64,000 nucleotides of DNA from assembly GCA_964016885.1 (NCBI GenBank), contig OZ024741.1, positions 111,972,001-112,036,000 on the forward strand, in the 5' to 3' direction. The notes below the pieces were generated by a model that saw nothing but the letters and a program-made list of their open reading frames with translations, was not told the DNA's origin and searched no databases. This document shows, piece after piece, positions 48,765 to 60,999 of the stretch. A program made the position numbers and the translations under genes. Numbering within the stretch: position 1 is the stretch's first letter; every line of letters begins with the position of its first letter. This DNA is from Eledone cirrhosa. Its lineage: Eukaryota.

Positions 48765-49421
48765 TTCTTCTGGTTTTATAATTTCACAAAGTTTTACCAA
48801 TAGAGAGAGAGTCGGTTTCTAACATAGGCACAAGACTCTCTCATTGGAATTTACACAACATCAACTAGGTAGATATGTATGTATGCATGCATGTGTAGAT
48901 ATGGATGTTATTGTATGTGTGGATGTGTATGTTTTGAGTTGTATGTGTGCATGTGTATATGCTTTGTATCTGTACATTTGTATATGCAGTTATTAGATGC
49001 AAAATATTTGGAATGTTTTACATATTTTTACTGTTCCATTAATGGATTGCACTTGTAATTTCCTAACTAGTTGTGTTCTTTCTGTTCCTGTGAAGCCCAG
49101 CTTCTCAAGATTTGTATTGAGGCAGTTACTAATATATCCCAGTGCCCCAATAATCACAGGCATAAATCTGAAGGTGTAATCAGGGTGGAGTATCTGCCGA
49201 TTTCTCATCAGTTCTGCATAAATATTCTCCTTTTCACTAATCTTTGATATTATATTGGCATCTGCTGGGCAGCTAATTTCCACTACTGTGCATGTTTTCT
49301 TCTCCCTGTACCATATCATAATATCTGGTCTGTTATACCTGCATTTTATTGGGGTTTTTACTGGAACCTTCCACCAGTACTCTTTCATATTATGTACATG
49401 GATGTCTTCCACATTGTTGTA
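48765..49421 (-). mobile_element. 5'-truncated RLE-encoding (R4-like) LINE, family D, in (ACAT)n
   Basis: ORF 48993-49412: NRPDIMIW..VVEISCP..K..Y..PVIIGALG. Both ends abut (CATA)n on its sense strand. Confidence 0.85.
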
Positions 49422-49473
49422 GTATGTATGTATGTATGTATGTATGTATGTATGTATGTATGTATGTATGTAT

Positions 49474-49708
49474 GTCAGGTCACTCTCGAGTGTTACTAGT
49501 TCTCCTTTTCGGGTAGTATTTTTCGATAGTCAGAGAGTGGGATTGGTTGAGTCAAGGCCTTTCCCCACTTAAAAAACCTTCAAAGCACAGCCATTGCTTG
49601 TTGAGGATATGTTATAGGTTCGTGTGGCTGGCGGTAGCCTAACAGTGCACCAAACTCTATAATCTGACAAGCGAATGCAAAACTATTAGCAGAGTTTGCA
49701 GTCATCAT
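49474..49708 (+). mobile_element. Short element sharing termini with 48143-48747
   Basis: Starts GTCAGGTCAC after (TATG)n. Ends GAGTTTGCAGTCATCAT (versus GAGTTGGCAGTCACCAT). Confidence 0.55.
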
Positions 49709-52348
49709 GTGTGTATACATGTATTTGTGTATGGAGGTCAGTCTGTATGTATAGCTGTCTCTATACATGTATGTGTGTATGTATATGATGTACGCATGTA
49801 TGTACTTATGTATGTGTGTATGTATGTATGTATGCATGTGTGTGTATGTATGAACGTATGTATGTATGCATGTATGTATTTAACCATTGAGAGAAGTTAG
49901 TTAAACAGAGTTAAAACATAAATCATTGGTTCTCGAATCAACAATGATGATTCCACCAATTTAATAAGCCTTGTGCCGTTGCCAGAATTTCATATCCTAT
50001 CCAAACTGTCAGTGAGCATCTTGTGTCTATTATACGAGATTGTGATCTGTTTTCCTCACTCAAGGCATTATTTCAAGGACTATAGAATTAAATTTTATTT
50101 GGCACCATTACCATCTCTGGAACAGGATGTGGATTTGTACATGGTGTTTTATTTTCTGTTGTTGATGTGTGTATATTTTGATGTTATTGGTATGTATATA
50201 TTTCGTATTGCTGGTGTGTATATCTTTTATGTTGCTGGTGTATATATTTTTTGTTGCTGGTGCGTATAATTTTGTGTTGTTGGTATGCAATAAGATCTCT
50301 TTGGTATATATGTATGCGTATATATTTTGTGTTGTTGGTATTCAATAAGATCTCTTTGGTATATATGTATGCATGGAGCCGTAACTCTTGGTGGAGTCTC
50401 AGGGGCGATGTGGTGAAAATACAGCGTGATTTAGGAATTATAAACATCCCGTCACAAGATTTGAATACAGCCGATTTTTTTCAGAGAGGGGGGGGGGGGG
50501 GGCTATGTGTGTGTGTGAGGTGGTGGTGGTGATAAATTGGAATAGAGAAAAAGATACAGAGGAAGCATTGTCTCTATTACTGGACTGGTAGTTTTTTTTA
50601 TCGACCTCGAAAGGATGAAAGCAAAGAGACCCGGAACAAATACCGCAAAACGACCTATGAGACATTGTAACGAGTCTGCCATTTCACCACCTAAGATATT
50701 TTTAATCAGTATAAAAAAGAAATTACACATAGATTTAAAAAAAGAGAAATTGGTGGATGGTGAGAAAACAATCTCTATACCTTATCTGGACCGTATATTT
50801 CACTTGAATCTCACAATTCTGTCTTTAAAAGGTGAAGACGAATTGCATAACGTATTGTTAGTTCTTCATAAAAAGACAGCTTTGTCAATGCTAGAATACC
50901 TCTTTGATCAATAGGACTATTTGATCAGAGTTGTCATTGGAGTAACTAGCACAACACATGTTAATGGCTCTAACCTATTCATCAATTTCATTATCAAGAT
51001 ACATGGTAGCCGTCTGACAAACTCGATCACTTGCTGATTGGCTATATGTTGTTTTTTTTTAATTCGTTTGATCATTTTAGTTACGTGAATGTAGCGGTGC
51101 AAATTCAGAAAGGTTTAAATGTTCTCAGCAGAGGAATTTTCCGATATTTTAGATATATTTTAAATATTTTTGCCATCTCATTCTAAAGAATATTCTAGAA
51201 AATATTTTCAAATGAATTTCTGTCAAGTAATGTATAATCTGAATAAATCTTTATTGACCGTTCGGCAGTTAATTTGCAGTCATGATAGCGTTAGATTAAA
51301 TGCTTCGGCATATATTCGGGTATACATTCTCAGTTCAATTCCAACCGGGATTGACTTTGCTTTTCATCTTTTCTAGAGCCGATAAATAAAGTACAATTCC
51401 AAGAGAGGTGGACAGACGGAATTGTTAAAGCGTCGGGCGAGATGTTTTGCGGTATCTGTTCTGGTTCTGTGCATTCCCTCCCTGTGTCACCAGAATTGAT
51501 GTCATGTTCCCGTCAGAATGTACTACCGACAGATAGTATCAACAATAGAAAGACTAATGGTAACATAATTTCCTTGGACTAATCGCTAAATCGGCTCGTT
51601 AAAACTATACGTCATTGCTTTGGTTCTTCGAGTACTTAACGCTTTCTCTAAAGCACACAGCACCCTATTTACATACACTAATTATTTCTTACATTGATTG
51701 ACACAGGACAACAAATTTACAGGGAGGAAATAGAGTCGATTCAATGGACTACATGATTTACAGTTTATCAACCACAAAGGTATGAAAACCAAAGTTAACG
51801 AATGTGGCATTTTTGTTTACAAAACAAGAGACGTAACTAGATCTACAACAAATTATACCAAACACCGTATTTTCCTAATATATCACTAGCCAAAGTTTCA
51901 CAGATTTGTTAGAATGAGTAAAGCTTCCGACCATGTTTTTCGTATACACTTTGGACCACCTGCGTTTCCCTTGCTAAATAAAAATGATGCAACAAGCAAT
52001 ATACGTGTATTGTTCCAGCATCGGGTATAAAATTTGGCCTTGATTATTTATTTGATTACAGGCAGAGTTTAAACAAAATTGAGCTATGATGTCGGATTTG
52101 CGCCGAACTGACTTAGGTTGAAGTGAGGAAAAAGTCAATTATAGCGACTTAATACTTTACTGGTGCTTTATTTGTCGACTGTGGAGGTTTGAAAGACAAG
52201 GCTGACCGCGGTGGGATTAGAACACAATATACATTGGAAGTACGATTTGAACCAACAAATATATGACAAACAAATGTGTAATTTGAGCTAATACAAATGT
52301 CAACAATCTGTGGAATATTAAGTACTCAGAAGTAGTATGTAAAGAGCC

Positions 52349-52460
52349 CATAACTTCTGATGGAGTCGTAGGGACGCCGTCGTAGTGGACGGCCTGTCTG
52401 GAGTATGTTAAGCCTGGTGGAACCGATAACCTCACCATATGTGTATATCTATACCTATTT
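52349..52460 (+). mobile_element. Short repeat with hammerhead-like remnants; left arm of an inverted pair
   Basis: 52392-52460 is the reverse complement of ~54758-54826. Confidence 0.55.
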
Positions 52461-52464
52461 CTAT

Positions 52465-53851
52465 GTCTGGTTTGGTCCGGACCTCCAGGTGGAGAAGAAC
52501 TGGAACGAAGTGACGGCCAAGGTGTTTGCGCGCACCCAGAAGTGGGCCGAGTGCAAACTATCCTTGAAAGGTCGAGCGGAGGTGGCGAACACTTTTATAG
52601 CGTCCGTCATCTACTACCGCTTGACCGACGTGCCATGTCCAGCCAAAACGCTCACCAAAATGGACACGCACTCTTCCAATTCCTTTGGAAGAAGCGGGCT
52701 CCTTTGGTGAGAAGATCCATCTGCTGCCAACGCCCTTCAAACGGAGAGCTGGGGATGCCGTGGCTGACGATGCGCAAACACGCGCTCAGGCTGCGGCACC
52801 TCCACGTATTCCTCGCCGGACCACCGAGCATTCCCACGACTCGTCTCGCTGACCGAGCTGCAGTCCTGGGTCAAGCAAAGACCGAGGAAAATGGGCGACT
52901 GGCACATCGAATGTGCTCAGGCGCTCACAGTCCTCTGGCAGGCGGACCCGGCGATAAGTGGAGATTTCACTTCGTCATTCTATAGAGAGTTGGTCCGCAG
53001 CAAGTGCGACGACGCGCTCGGAGAAACTCTGGGCGTAGAAGAAGACGAACTGACCAGTCTGTTCGGCAGAACCTTCCGCCCGGGACCGATGGACAATTTC
53101 CAAATGTCCCTGGCCTAGCAGTGCTACCGAGGAGCTCTACCAGTTCGAGACAAGCTCTACTGACACGGGCGCCGGGAAAGGGACTCTTCGAAAAAGATCT
53201 GTCCGAGATGCGTGCGCGACGAGGAAACCGTCGCGCGCGCATTTGTACACTGCCCGGGCGTTATCGACCTGTGGGGCTATGTAGAACGACTATTGTCTCG
53301 GGTAGGACCAATCCAGTTGACCACCGAGTCCATTGTCATGATCAAACCGCCACCCTCCTTCAAAAACGAAGGAGATGCGGTTTTCCTATGTGTTATGGCT
53401 ATGGTGAAAGAAGTTATATGGTGGACGAGGTTAAAAGGGCTGAGGTCAGACAACCTTTCTCTCCGGCGAACAACTGATTCCTTTTTTCAAATATGACTTT
53501 GGAAGACGAATCAGGATGGAGAGAGAGGTGCTGTACCCCAGGAAATTTTATAAAAGGTGGGTGAATATGGCAAAGATGACCCGAGTGGTTGGGCCTCTCT
53601 ATATATAAGCCTGTAGGTTGAGGAAAAAGAGGAAGAGAGAAAGGGAGTACTCACTCTTGGTGCTCCTGGAGATGAGGGTTGTACATTTTTTCGGGGTGTG
53701 TACAACCCCTGTGTAACACCTCCCGTCTATTGGGGATTTCAATTGTTATTTGTTATTGTATTAATAGTTTTATTTTCATATACCTGTATGTATGTAAACT
53801 CCCCATTTGTATTTGTCCCCTTCTTTTGTGCCCTTGTGGCTAATAAAGAAA
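52465..53851 (+). mobile_element. 5'-truncated, decayed Tx1 copy of the (TATC)n-associated family
   Basis: VWFGPDLQVEKNW...WWTRLKGL, 3'UTR ending AATAAAGAAAT, then (TATC)n. Confidence 0.9.
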
Positions 53852-53881
53852 TTTATCTATCTATCTACCTATCTCTATCTC

Positions 53882-53917
<36 letters not shown>

Positions 53918-53957
53918 TATACACACACACAGAGATAGAGATAGGTAGATAGATATA

Positions 53958-54727
53958 TTTCTTTATTAGCCACAAGGGAGCACAAGAAAAGGGGACAAAA
54001 CAAAGACATGCCGGGGATTTTACATACAGTCGTGTAGAAAAAATAAAAACAAACAATTACAACAATCGAAATCCCCAATAGGGGGGAGGCGCCACAAATG
54101 GGTTATTTAATATCCCGTCGATAGAACAACCCTCAACTCCAGGAGCGTGTTGTGCAAGTGCTCCTTTCTTCCTTTTGCTCTCTTCTTCAACCTACAGGCT
54201 TATAAACAGAGAAGGCCCAATCACTCGGGCCATTTTCGCTTCATTCACCCACCTTTCAGTAAATTTACTGGGGTGCAGTGCCTCTCTCTCCACCCTGATT
54301 CTCCTTCTAAAATGATACTTAAAGAAGGGAATCAATTGTTTTCCGGAGAGAAAGGCATCTGTCCTCAGTCCTCTCAACCTCGTCCACCATATAACTTCTT
54401 TCACCATAGCCACCGTACAGAGGACAACTGCCTCTCTTTCGTTTTTGAAAGAGGCTGGACTCGGCAGTCAACTGGATTTGTCCCATACGCGACAGCAGTT
54501 GTTCTGCATAGTTCTACAGGTCGCTTACGCCCGGGCAGTGTACAATTGCGTTCAGGATTGTTTCAATGTCCTGCGCGCATCTTGGACACGTCCTCTTGGA
54601 AGGATCCCTGCCTGTAGATCTTGTCACGAACCGGTAGAGCTCCTCGGTAGCACTGCCAGGCCAGGGACCTCTGGTAGTTGTCAATAGGTCCATAGGTCCC
54701 GGGCGGAAAGTTCTACCAAACAGACTG
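53958..54727 (-). mobile_element. 5'-truncated, decayed Tx1 copy, tail-to-tail with 52465-53851
   Basis: SLFGRTFRPGPMD..CPRC..WWTRLRGL..GPSLFISL. (TATC)n at both ends on its sense strand. Confidence 0.9.
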
Positions 54728-54729
54728 AG

Positions 54730-54757
<28 letters not shown>

Positions 54758-54763
<6 letters not shown>

Positions 54764-54835
54764 GTATAGATATACACATATAGTGAGGTTATCGGCTCCA
54801 CCGGGCTTAACATACTCCAGACAGGCTATTTCAAG
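54758..54835 (-). mobile_element. Right arm of the inverted short-repeat pair
   Basis: Minus strand GAAATAGCCTGTCTGGAGTATGTTAAGCCCGGTGGAGCCGATAACCTCAC. Confidence 0.55.
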
Positions 54836-54922
54836 CATTGACCTAATATATTCCTTCAATATACTGTACCGATTGTGTTGTTATTTCTGTTTAACTTTTA
54901 CATACGTATATATATATATATA

Positions 54923-54923
<1 letters not shown>

Positions 54924-55006
<83 letters not shown>
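54924..55006. repeat. (TATC)n microsatellite
   Basis: Directly visible. Confidence 0.95.
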
Positions 55007-55236
55007 AATCTAGCTGTCGTCTGTTCTACAGTGTGGATGTCATTCACTTCGCACAGAAGTTTTGTTCAAATTTATTAAGGAAATTTTGTGAGTTCAAACT
55101 TAATTTTGATACAATTGTGTAGCTTGACCCTCCGTCTGAACTGTCAGGCGGTGGGTCAGCTCATCTTTACCCCTCCTAGAGGTGAAAAACCTGTTTTAAA
55201 AAATTTTGTGTAAAAAATTTCAATCTTCTAACAGAA

Positions 55237-57140
55237 ATGTTAAACGCAGCGAACGAAAATAGTGGTGGGGGACAGCGGTAAGAGTTGTAAGCTCGCACGC
55301 TTTAGTCCTCCCTTCCTTCCCAACTAACGTCATAGAGAAGGAAGGAAAAATTAAAATAAAAACAGACGAATCTGCGGAGAAAAAATTAAATGACGAAAAC
55401 ACAAATCTGGACTTGGATTCCAACAACGAAAAAAAAAAATTTGAAAAATTGCATGACAATACTAATAACACAAACAAAGACACAACAAACACAAAAATAA
55501 CAGTTGAAAATAACACCATATCAGAAAACAAAGCAGACGACAAGATTTCATTTGCACAGAAAACAAAGAAATCTTTGACTTATATAGCGGAAAACATTTC
55601 AGATGTGGTACGAAGGATCACGGACGCCAAACAATACATAAGTGAAGGAGAGAATGGTATTTTATCGGTAAAAATGCCTCAAGAATTCACGAAAGACATT
55701 GAAAGCCGAACGGTCAAGTTTCGGACCATCAACAACAGTACAAAAAAACCTGAACAGCCTTCTCAAGCAGATATCAAAACAGTACTCACAGAAGTACTTA
55801 ATGAAACCACTTTCATAAGAAAAGACAGACTGTATGGAAGCCTAGCAATTATCATGAAGAACGAATCGGCGGCAAAAAAATGTGCTTTGTCACCGATTCG
55901 TTCGAAAAATTTCACCTTTTATCCATCTTATATGGGGAAAAGAACTCAACGCATATGGCTGGATGCAATGATGCCAGATGTGGACTACTGCTGGCTCATA
56001 GCTGGCTTCATCGATCCAGTGAATGACAACGTGATTTCCATTGGGAAAACCACAGGCAATGCGTTCAGTGGAACAGGTATAGAGCTGGTAGTACAAATGA
56101 AGCCTGAACGCATCGCCCAAATACCCGACAGAATCCTATTAGAGGACCACGGGTATATAAACATTAGCGTGGAGGGGAGAAGGCCGTCCTGCCATATCTG
56201 TGCAGGCAGAGGGCACCTGAAGGCCGCTTGTCCCCAACTCAACAAAAAGAAAACCCTGCTACCAACACCAGCTCCACCACCACCACCACCACAACAGATA
56301 AACAAACAACAAAACTCAGTCCCACCCAACCCGTCCCTCAGTAAAACCACAACACCACCACAACACAAACAGTCACAACACATTACCCCAAAACAAAATA
56401 CAGGCCCACCCAACCTCTCACTCAATAAAACAACACAACCACCGCAGACACAACACACAACACAGTCTAACATAGTGACATCCATCTCCCCCACAAAGAA
56501 AACGAACACGGAAACATTACCAGCAAACATACCTCTTCCCTCCAACACTGAAGATAACCCAACGAATTCGGAGGAAGAAACGGAGTCCTTCAGACAGATT
56601 AAAAGGAAAAAAAGAAAACATGTGCAAAACACACAAGGACAAACAACCCCCACCCAAATCTCAACACAATCCAACAAAACAGAAAACACCCCTCCAGCAA
56701 CAAACAAAACCAAACCTGCCCCTCCCCTCTTCGAAACACTCACACCATCGGAAAAAAAGACATTACACTATACTTACATCAACAGAAACAATAATAAATT
56801 AAATGAGCTCATATACAATAATCCTTCGGTACAAACCGAAGGTGTAAATTTTGTTTCGTCAGAAAACTACCCACATTTAAAACTAATAAAGATCCCAATG
56901 AACCTCTACCAAAAACTAAAAAAGGATTTTAAGGAGGACGTAGGACCACCCTCTGTCAAACCCATAAACCGCGTCCTACTAAAAAGCTTTCCCCCTCCCC
57001 TTCCCCTCCCCAACACAACTCCAAACACCCCAACCCCACCACTCACTGACGACCCCACACCACCACAAGACACCCCTTCACCCAACACCCCCGACCCCAT
57101 GGAAGTCGTGCAACCCGAACCCCGGGAAGCGGAAAGGTAG
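55237..57140 (+). pseudogene. E4 ORF1 (CCHC knuckle), probable frameshift near the N-terminus
   Basis: CHICAGRGHLKAAC knuckle. The long frame is open from ~55263, and ATG 55237 is out of frame with it. Confidence 0.7.
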
Positions 57141-57173
57141 GTCTCTACACTCTCCTTTGGCTCTGCCGCCCAC

Positions 57174-60100
57174 ATGGATGTGTTAAGAGTAGGATGTTTG
57201 AATGCACGTGGCCTGGGCTCAACTTGGAAGCAAGCAAAGCTTCTAAATGACCTCAGGTCATGTAGTATAAATGTAAGGGTTATCTGTGAGACTCGAATCA
57301 GCGTCGTGCGGCAGCTGGCCCCCACCTTCGATGACTTTGAGGTGCATGCATCTCTCTGTCAACCTGGAGGTGGGGGTGGGGTTGTCGTACTGCTGCAAAA
57401 ACACCTGGGTCTTGCCGTACAGGTTGTGCACTCGGACCCGGGGGGTCGTTTGTTGGTGTTAGACGTTGGCAGTAGTGAAAGTGCGGCCTTGAGACTGGTC
57501 GCCGTCTACTCCCCTTTCGGAGCTAAACGGCCCGACTTCTTCCAGCGTTTGGAGACTTTTCTGGGAACGTCGCGTTCCCTGCTTCTAGCGTGGGATTGGA
57601 ATGACATCCTGGATGCACTTTGGGACTATGCAGGAGTATGTCCTAATAGAGGGCGGTGTAACAGCCTCAAGGGGTTACTCGACCGTTTTAACTTGGTCGA
57701 TAGATATCGACTAGATTTTCCAACTGTGCCTACCTGGACTTGGAGAAACCACAGTGGTCAATCTAGATCGTACTTAGATAGATTCTTAGTTAGAAGTAAG
57801 GATAGGGACATATTAAGCTGTCCAGAAATGCGCACGGTTGGCTACACGGATCACAAATTAGTGACCTGCGTGGTCAATCTCGAGAAAACACATAGACAGG
57901 GTCCCGGTTACTGTAAACTTAATTTGTCTTTACCGGCAAAAGAGACTTACAGAAACCGGATTAGCAGATTAGTTAAGGAGAGGTTGACGGGTGCAATCGT
58001 CAACAACCGATGGTGGGCATCTCTCAAAAGAGAGATTAGAACAGAATCAATAAGTTATAGCAAGATGTTAGCTGCCGATAGGAATAGAAACGAGAAAGAA
58101 TTAACAGGTAAATTAGAAGAGGCAATCAAGAGCGAAGATGTGGCCAGAGTGCTGGCATCGAGGACGGCCTTGAACCAGTTTTTCGATGCAAAACACGAAG
58201 GCTGCGTCATTCGAAGTAAAATACGTGCTCTAGGTAATGAGGGGGCCAAAGCCGTTGGATGGGCCCGCGTGACAGAAGCTAAGAGTGGAAATCGATCCAC
58301 CATCCGGTCGTTGCAAGACGAAGATGGACGGGTGATCCGGGAGCCTAAGCAGATGTGCGAGGCCTTTCAAAGGCACTTTGCCCGATTGTTCGGGGGAGGA
58401 GAGGGTCCGGGCGGGGGCATGGATTTCGGTTCATACCTCGACGGCCTGCCGCGTCTCTCGAGCGAAGAGGCAGAGTCCTGCGAGGGACCAATCTCGGCTG
58501 ATGAGATCGGAAATGCGCTGAGCCAATGCAGCAGACACAAATCTCCAGGTCTCGATGGTATACCTTACGAACTTTATTTAGCAATGCCGGTCTTCTTCTC
58601 CGAACTCCTCGAAGCGGTCTACTGCAATTGGCAGCAGAACGGGAGAATTCCTTGTTCTGTAGCCAAGGGCGTAGTCACGCTGGTGAGGAAGGACGAGAAC
58701 AAGGGGGATAGTATAAATAATGTTCGGCCCATAACCCTGCTAAACACAGAGTTAAAGATTTTGGCCAAGGTGTTAGCAAAGAGGTTGGCGCTTGTCGTGG
58801 GTGGCCTGGTGGGAGATGCGCAGACATGTGCTATCCCATCCAGGTCCATTCACGATAACCTCCACCTCATGCGATACATCATAGAGAGGGTTGGCAACAA
58901 ACCCGGCTTCGGTGGGGCCCTGATCAACTTGGATCAGTCTAAGGCCTTCGATAGGGTCGACCATGGTTACCTGGATGCGGTGCTAGCGGCGGCTGGGTTC
59001 GGTCCTGTTTTCAGAGGCTGGATCACTGCCCTACATAGCAACCACATCTGTTCTAGGATCAAGGTGAACGGCTACCTTTCGAAGCCGTTCGAAATCACAC
59101 GATCCATTCGACAGGGGTGCCCTCTCTCCTCCCTTCTGTACGTATTGACTCTCGAGCCTTTACTGAGGAAGTTGGAGTTGTTGCAGGGTATCCCCCTGGA
59201 ACCAGGATTGAGCAAAGCGGTGTCGGCCTACGCCGATGACGTAACAGTAATGGTATCAACCGACTCGGAGATCGAGGCGATCGGTACCTTACTGGAGGAG
59301 TACGAAAGGTTGTCAGGAGCGAAACTGAACCGGGAAAAATCCATCGGGCTGCAACTCGGAACGTGGAGAGGCAGACCGATGCCTCCTGACGGTGTCGTCG
59401 GACACTGGACGGAGGGCCCGGTAAAGTTGCTTGGGGTCTGGTTTGGACCGGACCTCCAGGTGGAAAAGAACTGGAACGAGGTTACGAACAAGGTGTTTGC
59501 ACTAACCCAGAAATGGGCCAAGTGTAAGCTGTCCCTAAAAGGCCGGGCGGAGGTGGCGAACATTTACATAGCGTCCGTCACTTACTACCGCCTGACTGTC
59601 GTGCCTTGCCCTAAGGAAACACTCACCACCATGGAACGCATGCTCTTCCAATTTCTTTGGAAGAAGCGCCCTCCTATGGTGAGAAGATCCATCTGCTGCC
59701 AACAACCTTCGAAAGGAGGGCTGGGGATGCCGTGGTTGATGATGCGTAGGCACGCATTAAGGCTACGGCACCTACAGGTATTCCTCACTGGTCAACCGGT
59801 GTGGGCTCCGTTCGTGAAACGAGCCTTTCCGAGACTCGTCTCACTCACCGAGCTACAGTCCTGGGTCAAGCAAAGATCCGGAAAACTGGGAGACTGGCAC
59901 ACTGAGTGTGCTCAGGCGCTCAGGGCTCTCTGGCAAGCGGGCCGGGCCATCGGTGGAGAATCCACCTCATCATTCTATAGAGGGCTGGTGGCTAGCAGGG
60001 GCGATGACACCCTGGGAGAGTCGCTGGACATGGAGGAAGACGAACTGGCCAGCCTGTTCGGTAGGACTTTCGGCCCAGGACCAATGGACAACTTCCAGAA

Positions 60101-60611
60101 GTCACTGGCCTGGCAGTGCTACCGGGGGGCTCTACCCGTTCGAGAGAGGCTCTACAGACACGGGCGCCCGGGCAGGGATCCCTCAAAAAAGATTTGCCCT
60201 AGATGCGTGCGTCACGAAGAAACCGTAGCGCACGCATTGGTGCAATGTCCGGGCGTGGCTGATCCGTGGGGCTACGCCGAACAACTGCTGTCGCGGGTGG
60301 CGCCGATTAAATTGACCGCCGAGTCCGTGATGACAATCAAACCGCCTCCCCTCTTCACAAAGGAAGCAAAGGCGGTTTTTCTGTGCGTAATAGCCATGTT
60401 GAAAGAGGTTGTTTGGTGGACACGATTGAAAGGTCTGAGGTCAGGCAACTTCCTCTCTGGCCATAGTCTGGTCTACTTCTTCCGATATCACTTCGGAAGA
60501 AGGATAAGAATGGAGAGAGAGGTGCTTGGCCACAGGCAGTTTTATGAAAGGTGGGTGATAGTGGCGAGAATGGCTCGTGTAAATGGGCCTTCTCTATATA
60601 CCATCCTGTAG
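57174..60611 (+). CDS. E4 ORF2 (APE-RT), open but with WDWN in place of GDWN
   Basis: 1145 aa; LNARGL, SYLDR, TDH, QGCPLS, YADD, CPRC. Confidence 0.9.
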   Translation: MDVLRVGCLNARGLGSTWKQAKLLNDLRSCSINVRVICETRISVVRQLAPTFDDFEVHASLCQPGGGGGVVVLLQKHLGLAVQVVHSDPGGRLLVLDVGSSESAALRLVAVYSPFGAKRPDFFQRLETFLGTSRSLLLAWDWNDILDALWDYAGVCPNRGRCNSLKGLLDRFNLVDRYRLDFPTVPTWTWRNHSGQSRSYLDRFLVRSKDRDILSCPEMRTVGYTDHKLVTCVVNLEKTHRQGPGYCKLNLSLPAKETYRNRISRLVKERLTGAIVNNRWWASLKREIRTESISYSKMLAADRNRNEKELTGKLEEAIKSEDVARVLASRTALNQFFDAKHEGCVIRSKIRALGNEGAKAVGWARVTEAKSGNRSTIRSLQDEDGRVIREPKQMCEAFQRHFARLFGGGEGPGGGMDFGSYLDGLPRLSSEEAESCEGPISADEIGNALSQCSRHKSPGLDGIPYELYLAMPVFFSELLEAVYCNWQQNGRIPCSVAKGVVTLVRKDENKGDSINNVRPITLLNTELKILAKVLAKRLALVVGGLVGDAQTCAIPSRSIHDNLHLMRYIIERVGNKPGFGGALINLDQSKAFDRVDHGYLDAVLAAAGFGPVFRGWITALHSNHICSRIKVNGYLSKPFEITRSIRQGCPLSSLLYVLTLEPLLRKLELLQGIPLEPGLSKAVSAYADDVTVMVSTDSEIEAIGTLLEEYERLSGAKLNREKSIGLQLGTWRGRPMPPDGVVGHWTEGPVKLLGVWFGPDLQVEKNWNEVTNKVFALTQKWAKCKLSLKGRAEVANIYIASVTYYRLTVVPCPKETLTTMERMLFQFLWKKRPPMVRRSICCQQPSKGGLGMPWLMMRRHALRLRHLQVFLTGQPVWAPFVKRAFPRLVSLTELQSWVKQRSGKLGDWHTECAQALRALWQAGRAIGGESTSSFYRGLVASRGDDTLGESLDMEEDELASLFGRTFGPGPMDNFQKSLAWQCYRGALPVRERLYRHGRPGRDPSKKICPRCVRHEETVAHALVQCPGVADPWGYAEQLLSRVAPIKLTAESVMTIKPPPLFTKEAKAVFLCVIAMLKEVVWWTRLKGLRSGNFLSGHSLVYFFRYHFGRRIRMEREVLGHRQFYERWVIVARMARVNGPSLYTIL

Positions 60612-60871
60612 GTAAAGAAGTAAAGGAGAGGGGAGCACCTTCTCCATGTGCTCCCCGGGCAAAGGATTGCACACTTTTTCGGGGGTGTGTGCAACCCCCA
60701 TCACGTCCCCTCCCTTTTGAGGTTATTTTCGATTATTTTCATGTTACACCCTTTTTACTCGATTATATGTAAACTCCCCCTTTGTATTTGTCCCTTCTTT
60801 TTATGCCTTTATGGTAAATAAAGAAATCTATCTATATATATATATATAATGTGTGTATGTATGTATGTATG

Positions 60872-60903
<32 letters not shown>

Positions 60904-60999
60904 GATGTTCGCTCCAACATAGCTGTATACACACGTGTATGTGTGGCTTGTATATCGATTAATATACGATATGCTTACGTATGAATATTTGAAAGTTTA

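Larger units (their letters stand above)
55012..60826 (+). mobile_element. Tx1-clade LINE copy E4 (full length, second family), inserted in (TATC)n
   Basis: 5'UTR, ORF1, ORF2 and 3'UTR ending AATAAAGAAA-TCTATCTA. Confidence 0.93.

Noticed and set aside
50740-51110. Possible ancient minus-strand APE endonuclease relic (FYEEL-like)
   Set aside because: Too decayed to support by eye; needs a translated search
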